60,402 nt of DNA, filler included, from Nemertoderma westbladi (GCA_032718475.1; 2 parts of 2 records of this genome joined end to end with filler, not necessarily neighbours in it); one strand, 5' to 3'. Counted from the whole stretch's first letter, positions 46,308 to 60,402 are shown. Notes: a model not told the origin generated them from the letters alone. Numbers and translations: made by a program.

Positions 46308-49300
46308 TAAACGAACGGATGAAGTGGTAGGCATTCACCAGCGGTAGCATAGTGTATAGATGATAGAAATAAACGAACGGATGAAGTGGTAGGCATTCAC
46401 CAGCGGTAACATAGTGTATAGATGATAGAAATAAACGAACGGATGAAGTGGTAGGCATTCACCAGCGGTAGCATAGTGTATGGATGATAGAAATAAACGA
46501 ACGGATGAAGTGGTAGGCATTCACCAGCGGTAGCTTAGTGTATAGATGATAGAAATAAACGAATAGATGAAGTGGTAGGCATTCACCAGCGGTAACATAG
46601 TGTATAGATAATAGAAATAAACGAACAGGTGAAGTGGTAGGCATTCACCAGCGGTAGCCTAGTGTATAGATGATAGAAATAAACGAATGGATGAAGTGGT
46701 AGGCATTCACCAGCGGTAGCATAGTGTATGGATGATAGAAATAAACGAACGGATGAAGTGGTAGGCATTCACCAGCGGTAACATAGTGTATAGATAATAG
46801 AAATAAACGAACAGGTGAAGTGGTAGGCATTCACCAGCGGTAGCCTAGTGTATAGATGATAGAAATAAACGAATGGATGAAGTGGTAGGCATTCACCAGC
46901 GGTAGCATAGTGTATGGATGATAGAAATAAACGAACGGATGAAGTGGTAGGCATTCACCAGCGGTAACATAGTGTATAGATAATAGAAATAAACGAACAG
47001 GTGAAGTGGTAGGCATTCACCAGCGGTAGCCTAGTGTATAGATGATAGAAATAAACGAACGGATGAAGTGGTAGGCATTCACCAGCGGTAACATAGTGTA
47101 TAGATAATAGAAATAAACGAACAGGTGAAGTGGTAGGCATTCACCAGCGGTAGCCTAGTGTAGAGATGATAGAAATAAACGAACGGATGTAGTGGTAGGC
47201 ATTCACCAGCGGTAACATAGTGTATAGATGATAGAAATAAACGAACGGATGAAGTGGTAGGCATTCACCAGCGGTAGCCTAGTGTATAGATAATAGAAAT
47301 AAACGAATAGATGAAGTGGTAGGCATTCACCAGCGGTAACATAGTGTATAGATAATAGAAATAAACGAACAGGTGAAGTGGTAGGCATTCACCAGCGGTA
47401 GCCTAGTGTATAGATGATAGAAATAAACGAATGGATGAAGTGGTAGGCATTCACCAGCGGTAGCATAGTGTATGGATGATAGAAATAAACGAACGGATGA
47501 AGTGGTAGGCATTCACCAGCGGTAACATAGTGTATAGATAATAGAAATAAACGAACAGGTGAAGTGGTAGGCATTCACCAGCGGTAGCCTAGTGTATAGA
47601 TGATAGAAATAAACGAACGGATGAAGTGGTAGGCATTCACCAGCGGTAACATAGTGTATAGATAATAGAAATAAACGAACAGGTGAAGTGGTAGGCATTC
47701 ACCAGCGGTAGCTTAGTGTATAGATGATAGAAATAAACGAACGGATGAAGTGGTAGGCATTCACCAGCGGTAACATAGTGTATGGATGATAGAAATAAAC
47801 GAACGGATGAAGTGGTAGGCATTCACCAGCGGTAGCATAGTGTATGGATGATAGAAATAAACGAACAGGTGAAGTGGTAGGCATTCACCAGTGGTAACAT
47901 AGTGTAGAGATGATAGAAATAAACGAACGGATGAAGTGGTAGGCATTCACCAGCGGTAGCATAGTGTATGGATGATAGAAATAAACGAACAGGTGAAGTG
48001 GTAGGCATTCACCAGCGGTAGCATAGTGTATGGATGATAGAAATAAACGAACGGATGAAGTGGTAGGCATTCACCAGCGGTAGCTTAGTGTATAGATGAT
48101 AGAAATAAACGAATAGATGAAGTGGTAGGCATTCACCAGCGGTAACATAGTGTATAGATAATAGAAATAAACGAACAGGTGAAGTGGTAGGCATTCACCA
48201 GCGGTAGCCTAGTGTATAGATGATAGAAATAAACGAATGGATGAAGTGGTAGGCATTCACCAGCGGTAGCATAGTGTATGGATGATAGAAATAAACGAAC
48301 GGATGAAGTGGTAGGCATTCACCAGCGGTAACATAGTGTATAGATAATAGAAATAAACGAACAGGTGAAGTGGTAGGCATTCACCAGCGGTAGCCTAGTG
48401 TATAGATGATAGAAATAAACGAATGGATGAAGTGGTAGGCATTCACCAGCGGTAGCATAGTGTATGGATGATAGAAATAAACGAACGGATGAAGTGGTAG
48501 GCATTCACCAGCGGTAACATAGTGTATAGATAATATAAATAAACGAACAGGTGAAGTGGTAGGCATTCACCAGCGGTAGCCTAGTGTATAGATGATAGAA
48601 ATAAACGAACGGATGAAGTGGTAGGCATTCACCAGCGGTAACATAGTGTATGGATGATAGAAATAAACGAACGGATGAAGTGGTAGGCATTCACCAGCGG
48701 TAGCATAGTGTATAGATGATAGAAATAAACGAACGGATGAAGTGGTAGGCATTCACCAGCGGTAGCATAGTGTATAGATGATAGAAATAAACGAACGGAT
48801 GAAGTGGTAGGCATTCACCAGCGGTAGCCTAGTGTATAGATAATAGAAATAAACGAATAGATGAAGTGGTAGGCATTCACCAGCGGTAACATAGTGTATA
48901 GATAATAGAAATAAACGAACAGGTGAAGTGGTAGGCATTCACCAGCGGTAGCCTAGTGTATAGATGATAGAAATAAACGAATGGATGAAGTGGTAGGCAT
49001 TCACCAGCGGTAGCATAGTGTATGGATGATAGAAATAAACGAACGGATGAAGTGGTAGGCATTCACCAGCGGTAACATAGTGTATAGATAATAGAAATAA
49101 ACGAACAGGTGAAGTGGTAGGCATTCACCAGCGGTAGCCTAGTGTATAGATGATAGAAATAAACGAACGGATGAAGTGGTAGGCATTCACCAGCGGTAAC
49201 ATAGTGTATAGATAATAGAAATAAACGAACAGGTGAAGTGGTAGGCATTCACCAGCGGTAGCTTAGTGTATAGATGATAGAAATAAACGAACGGATGAAG

Positions 49301-52300
49301 TGGTAGGCATTCACCAGCGGTAACATAGTGTATGGATGATAGAAATAAACGAACGGATGAAGTGGTAGGCATTCACCAGCGGTAGCATAGTGTATGGATG
49401 ATAGAAATAAACGAACAGGTGAAGTGGTAGGCATTCACCAGTGGTAACATAGTGTAGAGATGATAGAAATAAACGAACGGATGAAGTGGTAGGCATTCAC
49501 CAGCGGTAGCATAGTGTATGGATGATAGAAATAAACGAACAGGTGAAGTGGTAGGCATTCACCAGTGGTAACATAGTGTATAGATGATAGAAATAAACGA
49601 ACGGATGAAGTGGTAGGCATTCACCAGCGGTAACATAGTGTATAGATAATAGAAATAAACGAATAGATGAAGTGGTAGGCATTCACCAGCGGTAACATAG
49701 TGTGTAGATGATAGAAATAAACGAATAGATGAAGTGGTAGGCATTCACCAGCGGTAACATAGTGTATAGATGATAGAAATAAACGAATAGATGAAGTGGT
49801 AGGCATTCACCAGCGGTAGCATAGTGTATGGATGATAGAAATAAACGAACAGGTGAAGTGGTAGGCATTCACCAGTGGTAACATAGTGTAGAGATGATAG
49901 AAATAAACGAACGGATGAAGTGGTAGGCATTCACCAGCGGTAACATAGTGTATAGATAATAGAAATAAACGAATAGATGAAGTGGTAGGCATTCACCAGC
50001 GGTAACATAGTGTATAGATGATAGAAATAAACGAATAGATGAAGTGGTAGGCATTCACCAGCGGTAACATAGTGTATAGATGATAGAAATAAACGAATAG
50101 ATGAAGTGGTAGGCATTCACCAGCGGTAGCATAGTGTATGGATGATAGAAATAAACGAACAGGTGAAGTGGTAGGCATTCACCAGTGGTAACATAGTGTA
50201 GAGATGATAGAAATAAACGAACGGATGAAGTGGTAGGCATTCACCAGCGGTAGCATAGTGTATGGATGATAGAAATAAACGAACAGGTGAAGTGGTAGGC
50301 ATTCACCAGTGGTAACATAGTGTATAGATAATAGAAATAAACGAACGGATGAAGTGGTAGGCATTCACCAGCGGTAACATAGTGTATGGATGATAGAAAT
50401 AAACGAACGGATGAAGTGGTAGGCATTCACCAGCGGTAACATAGTATATAGATGATAGAAATAAACGAACGGATGAAGTGGTAGGCATTCACCAGTGGTA
50501 ACATAGTGTATAGATAATAGAAATAAACGAATAGATGAAGTGGTAGGCATTCACCAGCGGTAACATAGTGTATAGATGATAGAAATAAACGAACGGATGA
50601 AGTGGTAGGCATTCACCAGCGGTAACATAGTGTATAGATGATAGAAATAAACGAACGGGTGAAGTGGTAGGCATTCACCAGCGGTAACATAGTGTATAGA
50701 TGATAGAAATAAACGAATAGATGAAGTGGTAGGCATTCACCAGCGGTAGCATAGTGTATAGATGATAGAAATAAACGAACGGATGAAGTGGTAGGCATTC
50801 ACCAGCGGTAACATAGTGTATAGATGATAGAAATAAACGAACGGGTGAAGTGGTAGGCATTCACCAGCGGTAACATAGTGTATAGATGATAGAAATAAAC
50901 GAATAGATGAAGTGGTAGGCATTCACCAGCGGTAGCATAGTGTATAGATGATAGAAATAAACGAACGGATGAAGTGGTAGGCATTCACCAGCGGTAACAT
51001 AGTGTATAGATGATAGAAATAAACGAACGGATGAAGTGGTAGGCATTCACCAGCGGTAACATAGTGTATAGATGATAGAAATAAACGAACGGATGAAGTG
51101 GTAGGCATTCACCAGCGGTAACATAGTGTATAGATGATAGAAATAAACGAATAGATGAAGTGGTAGGCATTCACCAGCGGTAGCATAGTGTATAGATGAT
51201 AGAAATAAACGAACGGATGAAGTGGTAGGCATTCACCAGCGGTAACATAGTGTATAGATGATAGAAATAAACGAACGGATGAAGTGGTAGGCATTCACCA
51301 GCGGTAACATAGTGTATAGATGATAGAAATAAACGAACGGGTGAAGTGGTAGGCATTCACCAGCGGTAACATAGTGTATAGATGATAGAAATAAACGAAT
51401 AGATGAAGTGGTAGGCATTCACCAGCGGTAGCATAGTGTATAGATAATAGAAATAAACGAATAGATGAAGTGGTAGGCATTCACCAGCGGTAACATAGTG
51501 TATAGATGATAGAAATAAACGAACGGATGAAGTGGTAGGCATTCACCAGCGGTAGCATAGTGTATGGATGATAGAAATAAACGAACGGATGAAGTGGTAG
51601 GCATTCACCAGCGGTAACATAGTGTATAGATGATAGAAATAAACGAATAGATGAAGTGGTAGGCATTCACCAGCGGTAGCATAGTGTATAGATGATAGAA
51701 ATAAACGAACGGATGAAGTGGTAGGCATTCACCAGCGGTAGCATAGTGTATAGATGATAGAAATAAACGAACGGATGAAGTGGTAGGCATTCACCAGCGG
51801 TAACATAGTGTATGGATGATAGAAATAAACGAACGGGTGAAGTGGTAGGCACATTCACCAGCGGTAACATAGTGTATGGATGATAGAAATAAACGAACGG
51901 ATGAAGTGGTAGGCATTCACCAGCGGTAACATAGTGTATAGATGATAGAAATAAACGAATAGATGAAGTGGTAGGCATTCACCAGCGGTAGCATAGTGTA
52001 TGGATGATAGAAATAAACGAACGGATGAAGTGGTAGGCATTCACCAGCGGTAGCATAGTGTATGGATGATAGAAATAAACGAACGGATGAAGTGGTAGGC
52101 ATTCACCAGCGGTAACATAGTGTATAGATGATAGAAATAAACGAATAGATGAAGTGGTAGGCATTCACCAGCGGTAGCTTAGTGTATAGATGATAGAAAT
52201 AAACGAATGGATGAAGTGGTAGGCATTCACCAGCGGTAACATAGTGTATAGATGATAGAAATAAACGAATAGATGAAGTGGTAGGCATTCACCAGCGGTA

Positions 52301-55300
52301 GCATAGTGTATAGATGATAGAAATAAACGAACGGATGAAGTGGTAGGCATTCACCAGCGGTAACATAGTGTATAGATGATAGAAATAAACGAATAGATGA
52401 AGTGGTAGGCATTCACCAGCGGTAGCATAGTGTATAGATGATAGAAATAAACGAACGGATGAAGTGGTAGGCATTCACCAGCGGTAACATAGTGTATAGA
52501 TGATAGAAATAAACGAACGGATGAAGTGGTAGGCATTCACCAGCGGTAACATAGTGTATAGATGATAGAAATAAACGAACGGGTGAAGTGGTAGGCATTC
52601 ACCAGCGGTAACATAGTGTATAGATGATAGAAATAAACGAATAGATGAAGTGGTAGGCATTCACCAGCGGTAGCATAGTGTATAGATGATAGAAATAAAC
52701 GAATAGATGAAGTGGTAGGCATTCACCAGCGGTAGCATAGTGTATAGATGATAGAAATAAACGAACGGATGAAGTGGTAGGCATTCACCAGCGGTAACAT
52801 AGTGTATAGATGATAGAAATAAACGAATAGATGAAGTGGTAGGCATTCACCAGCGGTAGCATAGTGTATAGATGATAGAAATAAACGAACGGATGAAGTG
52901 GTAGGCATTCACCAGCGGTAACATAGTGTATAGATGATAGAAATAAACGAACGGATGAAGTGGTAGGCATTCACCAGCGGTAACATAGTGTATAGATGAT
53001 AGAAATAAACGAACGGGTGAAGTGGTAGGCATTCACCAGCGGTAACATAGTGTATAGATGATAGAAATAAACGAATAGATGAAGTGGTAGGCATTCACCA
53101 GCGGTAGTATAGTGTATAGATAATAGAAATAAACGAATAGATGAAGTGGTAGGCATTCACCAGCGGTAGCATAGTGTATAGATAATAGAAATAAACGAAT
53201 AGATGAAGTGGTAGGCATTCACCAGCGGTAGCATAGTGTATGGATGATAGAAATAAACGAACGGATGAAGTGGTAGGCATTCACCAGCGGTAGCATAGTG
53301 TATGGATGATAGAAATAAACGAACGGATGAAGTGGTAGGCATTCACCAGCGGTAGCTTAGTGTATAGATGATAGAAATAAACGAACGGATGAAGTGGTAG
53401 GCATTCACCAGCGGTAGCATAGTGTATGGATGATAGAAATAAACGAACGGATGAAGTGGTAGGCATTCACCAGCGGTAGCTTAGTGTATAGATGATAGAA
53501 ATAAACGAACGGATGAAGTGGTAGGCATTCACCAGCGGTAACATAGTGTATAGATGATAGAAATAAACGAACGGATGAAGTGGTAGGCATTCACCAGCGG
53601 TAACATAGTGTATGGATGATAGAAATAAACGAACGGATGAAGTGGTAGGCATTCACCAGCGGTAGCATAGTGTATAGATGATAGAAATAAACGAACGGAT
53701 GAAGTGGTAGGCATTCACCAGCGGTAACATAGTGTATAGATGATAGAAATAAACGAATAGATGAAGTGGTAGGCATTCACCAGCGGTAACATAGTGTATA
53801 GATGATAGAAATAAACGAACGGATGAAGTGGTAGGCATTCACCAGCGGTAACATAGTGTATGGATGATAGAAATAAACGAACGGATGAAGTGGTAGGCAT
53901 TCACCAGCGGTAGCATAGTGTATAGATGATAGAAATAAACGAACGGATGAAGTGGTAGGCATTCACCAGCGGTAGCATAGTGTATAGATGATAGAAATAA
54001 ACGAACGGATGAAGTGGTAGGCATTCACCAGCGGTAACATAGTGTATAGATGATAGAAATAAACGAATAGATGAAGTGGTAGGCATTCACCAGCGGTAAC
54101 ATAGTGTATAGATGATAGAAATAAACGAACGGATGAAGTGGTAGGCATTCACCAGCGGTAACATAGTGTATGGATGATAGAAATAAACGAACGGATGAAG
54201 TGGTAGGCATTCACCAGCGGTAGCATAGTGTATAGATGATAGAAATAAACGAATAGATGAAGTGGTAGGCATTCACCAGCGGTAACATAGTGTATAGATA
54301 ATAGAAATAAACGAACGGATGAAGTGGTAGGCATTCACCAGCGGTAGCATAGTGTATAGATGATAGAAATAAACGAATAGATGAAGTGGTAGGCATTCAC
54401 CAGCGGTAACATAGTGTATAGATGATAGAAATAAACGAACGGATGAAGTGGTAGGCATTCACCAGCGGTAGCATAGTGTATGGATGATAGAAATAAACGA
54501 ACGGATGAAGTGGTAGGCATTCACCAGCGGTAGCATAGTGTATGGATGATAGAAATAAACGAACGGATGAAGTGGTAGGCATTCACCAGCGGTAACATAG
54601 TGTATGGATGATAGAAATAAACGAACGGATGAAGTGGTAGGCATTCACCAGCGGTAACATAGTGTATAGATGATAGAAATAAACGAACGGATGAAGTGGT
54701 AGGCATTCACCAGCGGTAGCATAGTGTATGGATGATAGAAATAAACGAACGGATGAAGTGGTAGGCATTCACCAGCGGTAGCATAGTGTATGGATGATAG
54801 AAATAAACGAACGGATGAAGTGGTAGGCATTCACCAGCGGTAACATAGTGTATAGATGATAGAAATAAACGAATAGATGAAGTGGTAGGCATTCACCAGC
54901 GGTAACATAGTGTATAGATGATAGAAATAAACGAACGGATGAAGTGGTAGGCATTCACCAGCGGTAACATAGTTTATGGATGATAGAAATAAACGAACGG
55001 ATGAAGTGGTAGGCATTCACCAGCGGTAACATAGTGTATGGATGATAGAAATAAACGAACGGATGTAGTGGTAGGCATTCACCAGCGGTAACATAGTGTA
55101 TGGATGATAGAAATAAACGAATGGATGAAGTGGTAGGCATTCACAAGCGGTAACATAGTTTACGGATGATAGAAATAAACGAACGGATGTAGTGGTAGGC
55201 ATTCACCAGCGGTAGCATAGTGTATGGATGATAGAAATAAACGAACGGATGAAGTGGTAGGCATTCACCAGCGGTAACATAGTGTATAGATGATAGAGAT

Positions 55301-55551
55301 AAACGAACGGATGAAGTGGTAGGCATTCACCAGCGGTAACATAGTGTATGGATGATAGAAATAAACGAACGGGTGAAGTGGTAGGCACATTCACCAGCGG
55401 TAACATAGTGTATGGATGATAGAAATAAACGAACGGGTGAAGTGGTAGGCACATTCACCAGCGGTAACATAGTGTATAGATGATAGAAATAAACGAACGG
55501 ATGAAGTGGTAGGCATTCACCAGCGGTAGCCTAGTGTATAGATGATAGAAA
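46308..55551. repeat. 62-bp satellite (~149 copies)
   Basis: Unit ATTCACCAGCGGTA(G/A)CATAGTGTAT(A/G)GATGATAGAAATAAACGAA(CG/TA)GATGAAGTGGTAGGC; a few 64-bp variants. Confidence 0.98.
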
Positions 55552-57769
55552 AATATAAAGTATGTTCAGTGTATGTGTAAAGTCCCTCAATACTTTACAT
55601 TTTTCTATCATCTATTAATAAAACTAAATTTCCCGAAAATACTGGCGGACAGACAATTATCAGGCAATTTAGCCAATGATGTACATATTAAGTTATCTCC
55701 TCCATTCACAAAGATCCTTGAACTGGAAATAATGCAGCAAAAAATAAGTCTCTTGATGTTATTCTCTACACATTGGAAAAAATGCTTCTACATTGGGAAA
55801 CTCAATTTTTATACATATTTTCCAGTTATGTAACACAGAAAAACCAAAATATCAACCGATGCTATGACAGTGGAAGTTAGAATAGGGAGCAATCAGAAAA
55901 CGATTTAACCAATATATTTGAAAGATACCTATACAATAGTTGGCTGCGATGAGGATGAATGCAATGCTATTATAAGTTTATATTTGTCCCTAATGGTATT
56001 GCAAATATATGCAATGAACATATATTCAATACTCAATCATTCAAGATTAGACCCTTTTAACTATATGTACCTGTATTAATTAAGTACTTTGAATGGATAC
56101 TTTGTATGAATAAATTTGTGTACCCATTAGAAGGGTTGTCACGAAAAACTGTGAACCAACAATAATTGTGAGTCTATAAATAATATTATCAGTATAATAA
56201 TAACATCATCATCAGATCATATTATCAATTGTGTAAAAGCCTTTGCTGAATTGCCCCGTTATTTTTATTATCTCTTACATTAAAATACTCTGTAGTTGAT
56301 TTAATAAGTGTAAGAGACCGTATTATTGCTGTATCGGTGTTTTTAGAGGATCTAAGACCTATTTCCTCCGTATGTGTACTGTGAAAGGCATATTTTATGA
56401 TTCTATGGCAATTCGTGACGCAAAAGGGTGATAGCTACTCTTGAACAGTAGTTACTATGACTACGGTTAACAGCTGACATTCATACGTGTTGATTTCCTT
56501 TGTTCTACGGCGTCTCTCAGTTCAGTCAGCCAATGAGAGCGTTTTTGTGGCTCCTTGTACAGAAAATTTCCGAGAAATGACGCAATGCCTATGTGCAGTG
56601 TTTTCATTCAGTCTTGAGCCAAAGAAAGAACGGCTTGGAAGTATTTTTGTGCTGTACTGCTTTTTAGTCGTACACTAGTAGGTTTAATTATAAAGGGCAT
56701 ATATCCTTTAACTGCAATTTAACATACCTAAAGACTACTGCTAACTGATCATACATCCTGACTGCTGAAACATTGCAAACTCGTAACAATCAGTGTTCAG
56801 TTGTTGTTTTATACTGCTATTTGCGGTCAGTTCTTCATAATATGGTTGATGAATTATTATATTTGGAATAACGATAAACAACCCCGAAACCCAATGTTCT
56901 TGATATACCGAAGGTAAGAGAGAAGGGTTACAGATAAACGATTGTGACTTATGTTAAAGTGGTTTGAAGTGAATCCAATGTTATTTGATAGACCCTACAT
57001 GAGCCAGTCTGTGTTCCTTTTATATGTGACTAAAATCAGTGAAGATCGGCAGATTAGTGTGCAGTATTGTGCAGCATTGTGTATGAGTGAGTCTGTTAAA
57101 GAAGCATTCCTAAAGAATGCGCCATATATGTGAATTATAATTAAGCCATATCGTTGTGAGTAGTTTAAGTCATAACTCTGTTTATGTAGATAAAGCGCCA
57201 CGTCCTAAAGGAACTGTTAATATTCCCGAAGGTGAATAATATTGTCAGAGATTATATAATACTGTCAGTCGAATAATACATTAGGCTTACATAGCAATAA
57301 AATTAAACCGTCGAACCCAATCTCCCGGGAATCTCCAGCGGGTGAATGGTCGCGCACGGATTGGTTTCGACTAGTGTAGTGAATCAAATACTTGTCATAG
57401 ACTAAAAGCAGATTTATTATCTAGAAGACATTCTAATTTGGCGGGTTAAACTGCCAAAGGTCTGAAAGCGCGAACATTAAAGGATATCGCTTCTTTATTG
57501 CAGTAAGCAATAAAGTCGAAAGTACCGGTCGACCGGTAACCAGTAGGCCTGACTGCCTGATCATCCGGACCGGTACCTACAGCAGTATTATTCGATTTTG
57601 ATAGTTATATACCGGTAGGCCTTAATAATTAATCAGGGAGGGCCCGCCCTGGTTTTTTATTGAGATTTTTACTTATTTCTGTCAAGTTTTATTTATTTGT
57701 AGGCCAGTATTGAACAGAAAGCGTGTAAGCCTGATCAGATTGTACAGACGATTTGTAGGCTGAGCTGTT

Positions 57770-58312
57770 GTCTGATTGCTGTTAAGTCCGAACGAGTTGC
57801 AGTGTGTGTAGAGCACTTGTCCGATTAAGTACGGTTAGGAAGTAGGGGCAGCCAATGCGGTAAGGTAATCCCCCAGCTAAAGAATAAGTCGCACTACTGG
57901 GTTAGAGCGCATACTCCCTAATCATTTCGGAGTCTGCATGTCCTGTAATTTATTTAGGCTTGAGAGTAGTCTGCCATCGTTTGGTCTGTACTTTGTTTGT
58001 GTAGTCTGTACAGGTAGCGTATAATATCATTTAGATAATTTGTAGGCTGGATAGTTGTCTGTCTGTTATTAGGTCTGAACGGATTGCAGTGTGTGTAGAG
58101 CCCTTGTCCGATAAAGAACGGTTGGGAAGTTGGGGTAGCCATTGCTGTAAAGTAAACCCCCAATTAAAGAATAAGTCGTACTACTGGGTTAGAACGCATA
58201 CTACCTAACTATTTCGGAGTCTGCATGTCCTGTAGTTTATTTAGGCTTGATAGTAGTCTGTCAGTATTTAGTCTGCATTTTTGTTTGAGTGGTTTGTACG
58301 CGTAGCGTAATA
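57770..58312. repeat. Two diverged tandem copies of a ~287-bp unit
   Basis: TGCAGTGTGTGTAGAGC at 57798 and 58085; shared TAAAGAATAAGTCG.ACTACTGGGTTAGA and ATTTCGGAGTCTGCATGTCCTGTA. Confidence 0.85.
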
Positions 58313-59251
58313 TTTATTATTCAGAGTTTATGCGATTATTCGCAACGTTCATTCCCCAAGTTTGTTCCTACAGTAATTGTGTTTGTTATACATACCGCTA
58401 TAGTTAAATTAACCTCGGTACTACACGGGCTGCTTGGCGTAGGTAAAGACTGGTGATTTTGTGCATCGGTCACTCCAGCAGATGCCGTGGTTCTTTTAGC
58501 TGTTCAAGTATATTTAACTACTGATTATCTGTTATATAAGTACTCGTACCTAATTTAGGGTTTAGTGTATAGTACTTTCCGAAGTAATTATTGTAGGCAT
58601 TATATTTGTGTTGTAAAGTGGTTGATAGGCACATTCGATTAGCTCTATTAACTTCTAGGTAGGAACACTCCGTGATACATAACGTAGAACCTATAGCGAT
58701 ACGGCTATAGGTCGTCAGGCGGTGGTATTTTCCTATCTAGACAACGCAGTGTATTTACTACTACTTATTATTTCAAATACCGTAGTACCCTGTCCGTGTA
58801 ATAACCGGTTTCTAACCCTTTGTTAGGCTGGTTTGTAGACTTCTTGTAAAATTACCCTAAAAATTCGTATTTTGCGTTTTTGTAAATTTTTGCATTTATT
58901 TAGAGATTGTAATCTCACCCGAATTGTACGTAATTTGTAGTATTAAGTAACTTAGGTAAATTAGAATTATTTGTTTTAGTGTCCTATACGTAACACTTCA
59001 CTGAAAGCGCACCGCTTTGTGTAGTGATTACCCCCAGAAATAATAACATTTATTTCAAACATTGACAAAACCCATTAAAACGGGTATATATAAATTATAA
59101 ATCAAATCTAACGATTTATAAATAGTAGGCCTACCATATAACAATTAGGTCTCAATATCAGTTGGATTACTGCTCAAATAACGGTAAAAAAGTAAGTAAA
59201 GTAACAAAGTAACCCTAAAGTAACAGAAATTCAATTATTTGAAATAATTGA

Positions 59252-59500
59252 TATACCGGTATTTACGATAGGCCTATTATCTTTATTTCTATAAATCTAG
59301 GCTGAAATTATACCGGTACTTGTAATTAATTCTATTTCAGAATTATATATCCTACAAACTGTAAGCTGTATACCGGTATTCCGATAGGCCTATTATATAT
59401 TTATATATATTTGTGCTAAAATTATACCGGTATTCTGTGATAAACCTAGTCTGTAATAATACTTATATAGTTATATATACTATAAGTATACCGGTATTCT
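59252..59500. repeat. Five degenerate ~58-bp repeats centred on TATACCGGTA
   Basis: TATACCGGTA near 59252, 59309, 59369, 59423 and 59487; two are followed by CGATAGGCCTATTAT. Confidence 0.7.
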
Positions 59501-59634
59501 AATATATTATATATATATCACGCTACACTGAGTAGCAGTAACGGTAATTAATTACTAGGCTAGCAGTTCATACTGAGTTACTAGACTTGCTTAGACTGTA
59601 ATACAGCAGTAGACATTCAACGGTATACATAGTC

Positions 59635-60402
59635 ATGTCTGATACTAAGCAGAACCTGTCAGACAGTTTATTAGATGTAACTATCTGCGACTCAGATAGA
59701 GACGTACAAACGTCTGGTCGTAAATCCAGTTCACCTCCCACTGTGAGGAAGGTCATCCCTCCAGTAGTAATAACAGAACCTAGGCTAGTCCAACATCGTA
59801 GGTCTATCATAGGCACTCGAGCTCAGGTCAAGCGGGACCAACAAGCAGCGGAACAGCAACAACCCGCTAGTCAAGAACTTATGCCTCAGCGGCCCAGCAG
59901 CTCCAGTAGTGAGGATACTGTAGAGCTGACACCCGAGAGCGGAGCAGAGATGACGGATGCGGTTTATACGGATCCCCTTCTCATCCTTCCTGCAGCTGTG
60001 CTCGCTGGGTTATTGATCGTGGTGGAAGAACACCAGATTGATTGGGCGAGAAGTCAACAGTCAACTAGAGATAACTACGCGGGATACACTAGTGAAGAAC
60101 TGAAGTCTATTGTCGAGTCGCAATGGAACTTCCCCGGACCCGGACTCCCGTTTGATTTATCAGAAGCTGCCTGGGAAGACATACACCGGATGGGAGTAGC
60201 CAAGGAAACCATCGATCCAGCTGTGTGGAAGAGGTCCGCAGCCGGATACGCACAGGGATTCTTCAGCTCTATGGAGCGAATAGAAAAGCAACTTTTTCAA
60301 CAACCTCAAGGACCTCAAGAGCAGGGATCGCTGCTTTATCAAGTTAGAGAAAGAGTTCTGCGGATCAGGCTAATATTATCGGCCTATGAGGAGGCTTCTA
60401 AA
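59635..60402 (+). CDS. Unidentified ORF open at the window edge (>=256 aa), possibly retrotransposon Gag/ORF1
   Basis: ATG at 59635, MSDTKQNLSDSLLDVTICDSDRD...LYQVRERVLRIRLILSAYEEASK, no stop before 60402 (hence absent from the ORF track); GC content rises sharply; no diagnostic motif recognised. Confidence 0.55.
   Translation, partial: MSDTKQNLSDSLLDVTICDSDRDVQTSGRKSSSPPTVRKVIPPVVITEPRLVQHRRSIIGTRAQVKRDQQAAEQQQPASQELMPQRPSSSSSEDTVELTPESGAEMTDAVYTDPLLILPAAVLAGLLIVVEEHQIDWARSQQSTRDNYAGYTSEELKSIVESQWNFPGPGLPFDLSEAAWEDIHRMGVAKETIDPAVWKRSAAGYAQGFFSSMERIEKQLFQQPQGPQEQGSLLYQVRERVLRIRLILSAYEEASK

Noticed and set aside
46335-55454. Over 100 head-to-tail 61-aa ORFs (MPTTS...YRW)
   Set aside because: Arithmetic artefact: the 62-bp unit contains TGA ATG, so each frame closes every three units (186 bp).
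46308-55551. Possible hammerhead ribozyme in the 62-bp unit (GATGA...GAAA)
   Set aside because: No CUGANGA core with flanking stems on either strand; only a short GGTGAA/TTCACC hairpin in some variants.

Overview
AT-rich metazoan (probably aquatic invertebrate) genomic DNA, made of two contigs joined by an artificial 100-bp N/TTAATTAATTAA spacer at 31632-31731. Host genes: the last two coding exons of an ISWI/SMARCA5-type chromatin remodeller (+), an intronless galactose-3-O-sulfotransferase-like CDS (-), and a Cdc42 with three coding exons (+). About 40% of the window is tandem repeat (22-, 31-, ~50-, 29- and 62-bp units), and these repeats produce nearly all the ORFs in the supplied track. 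Mobile DNA: an intact Ty1/Copia (GalEa-like) LTR element with apparently identical 221-bp LTRs inserted in the 31-bp satellite, a near full-length two-ORF LINE, two young RTE-like 3' fragments with target-site duplications (TSDs), two CR1/L2-like 3' ends, several MITEs, and an unidentified ORF running off the right edge. Most notable: (1) the LINE ORF2 has no AUG upstream of its endonuclease catalytic motifs and sits in the -1 frame behind a G_GAU_UUU slippery heptamer at the ORF1 stop, a candidate programmed frameshift; (2) two arrays appear seeded from splice sites (a 10-donor array in Cdc42 and a 7-kb nearly AG-free array fused to the SMARCA5 acceptor); (3) two satellites start at tRNA/SINE-like heads. 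All comparisons were made by eye; no database searches were run.
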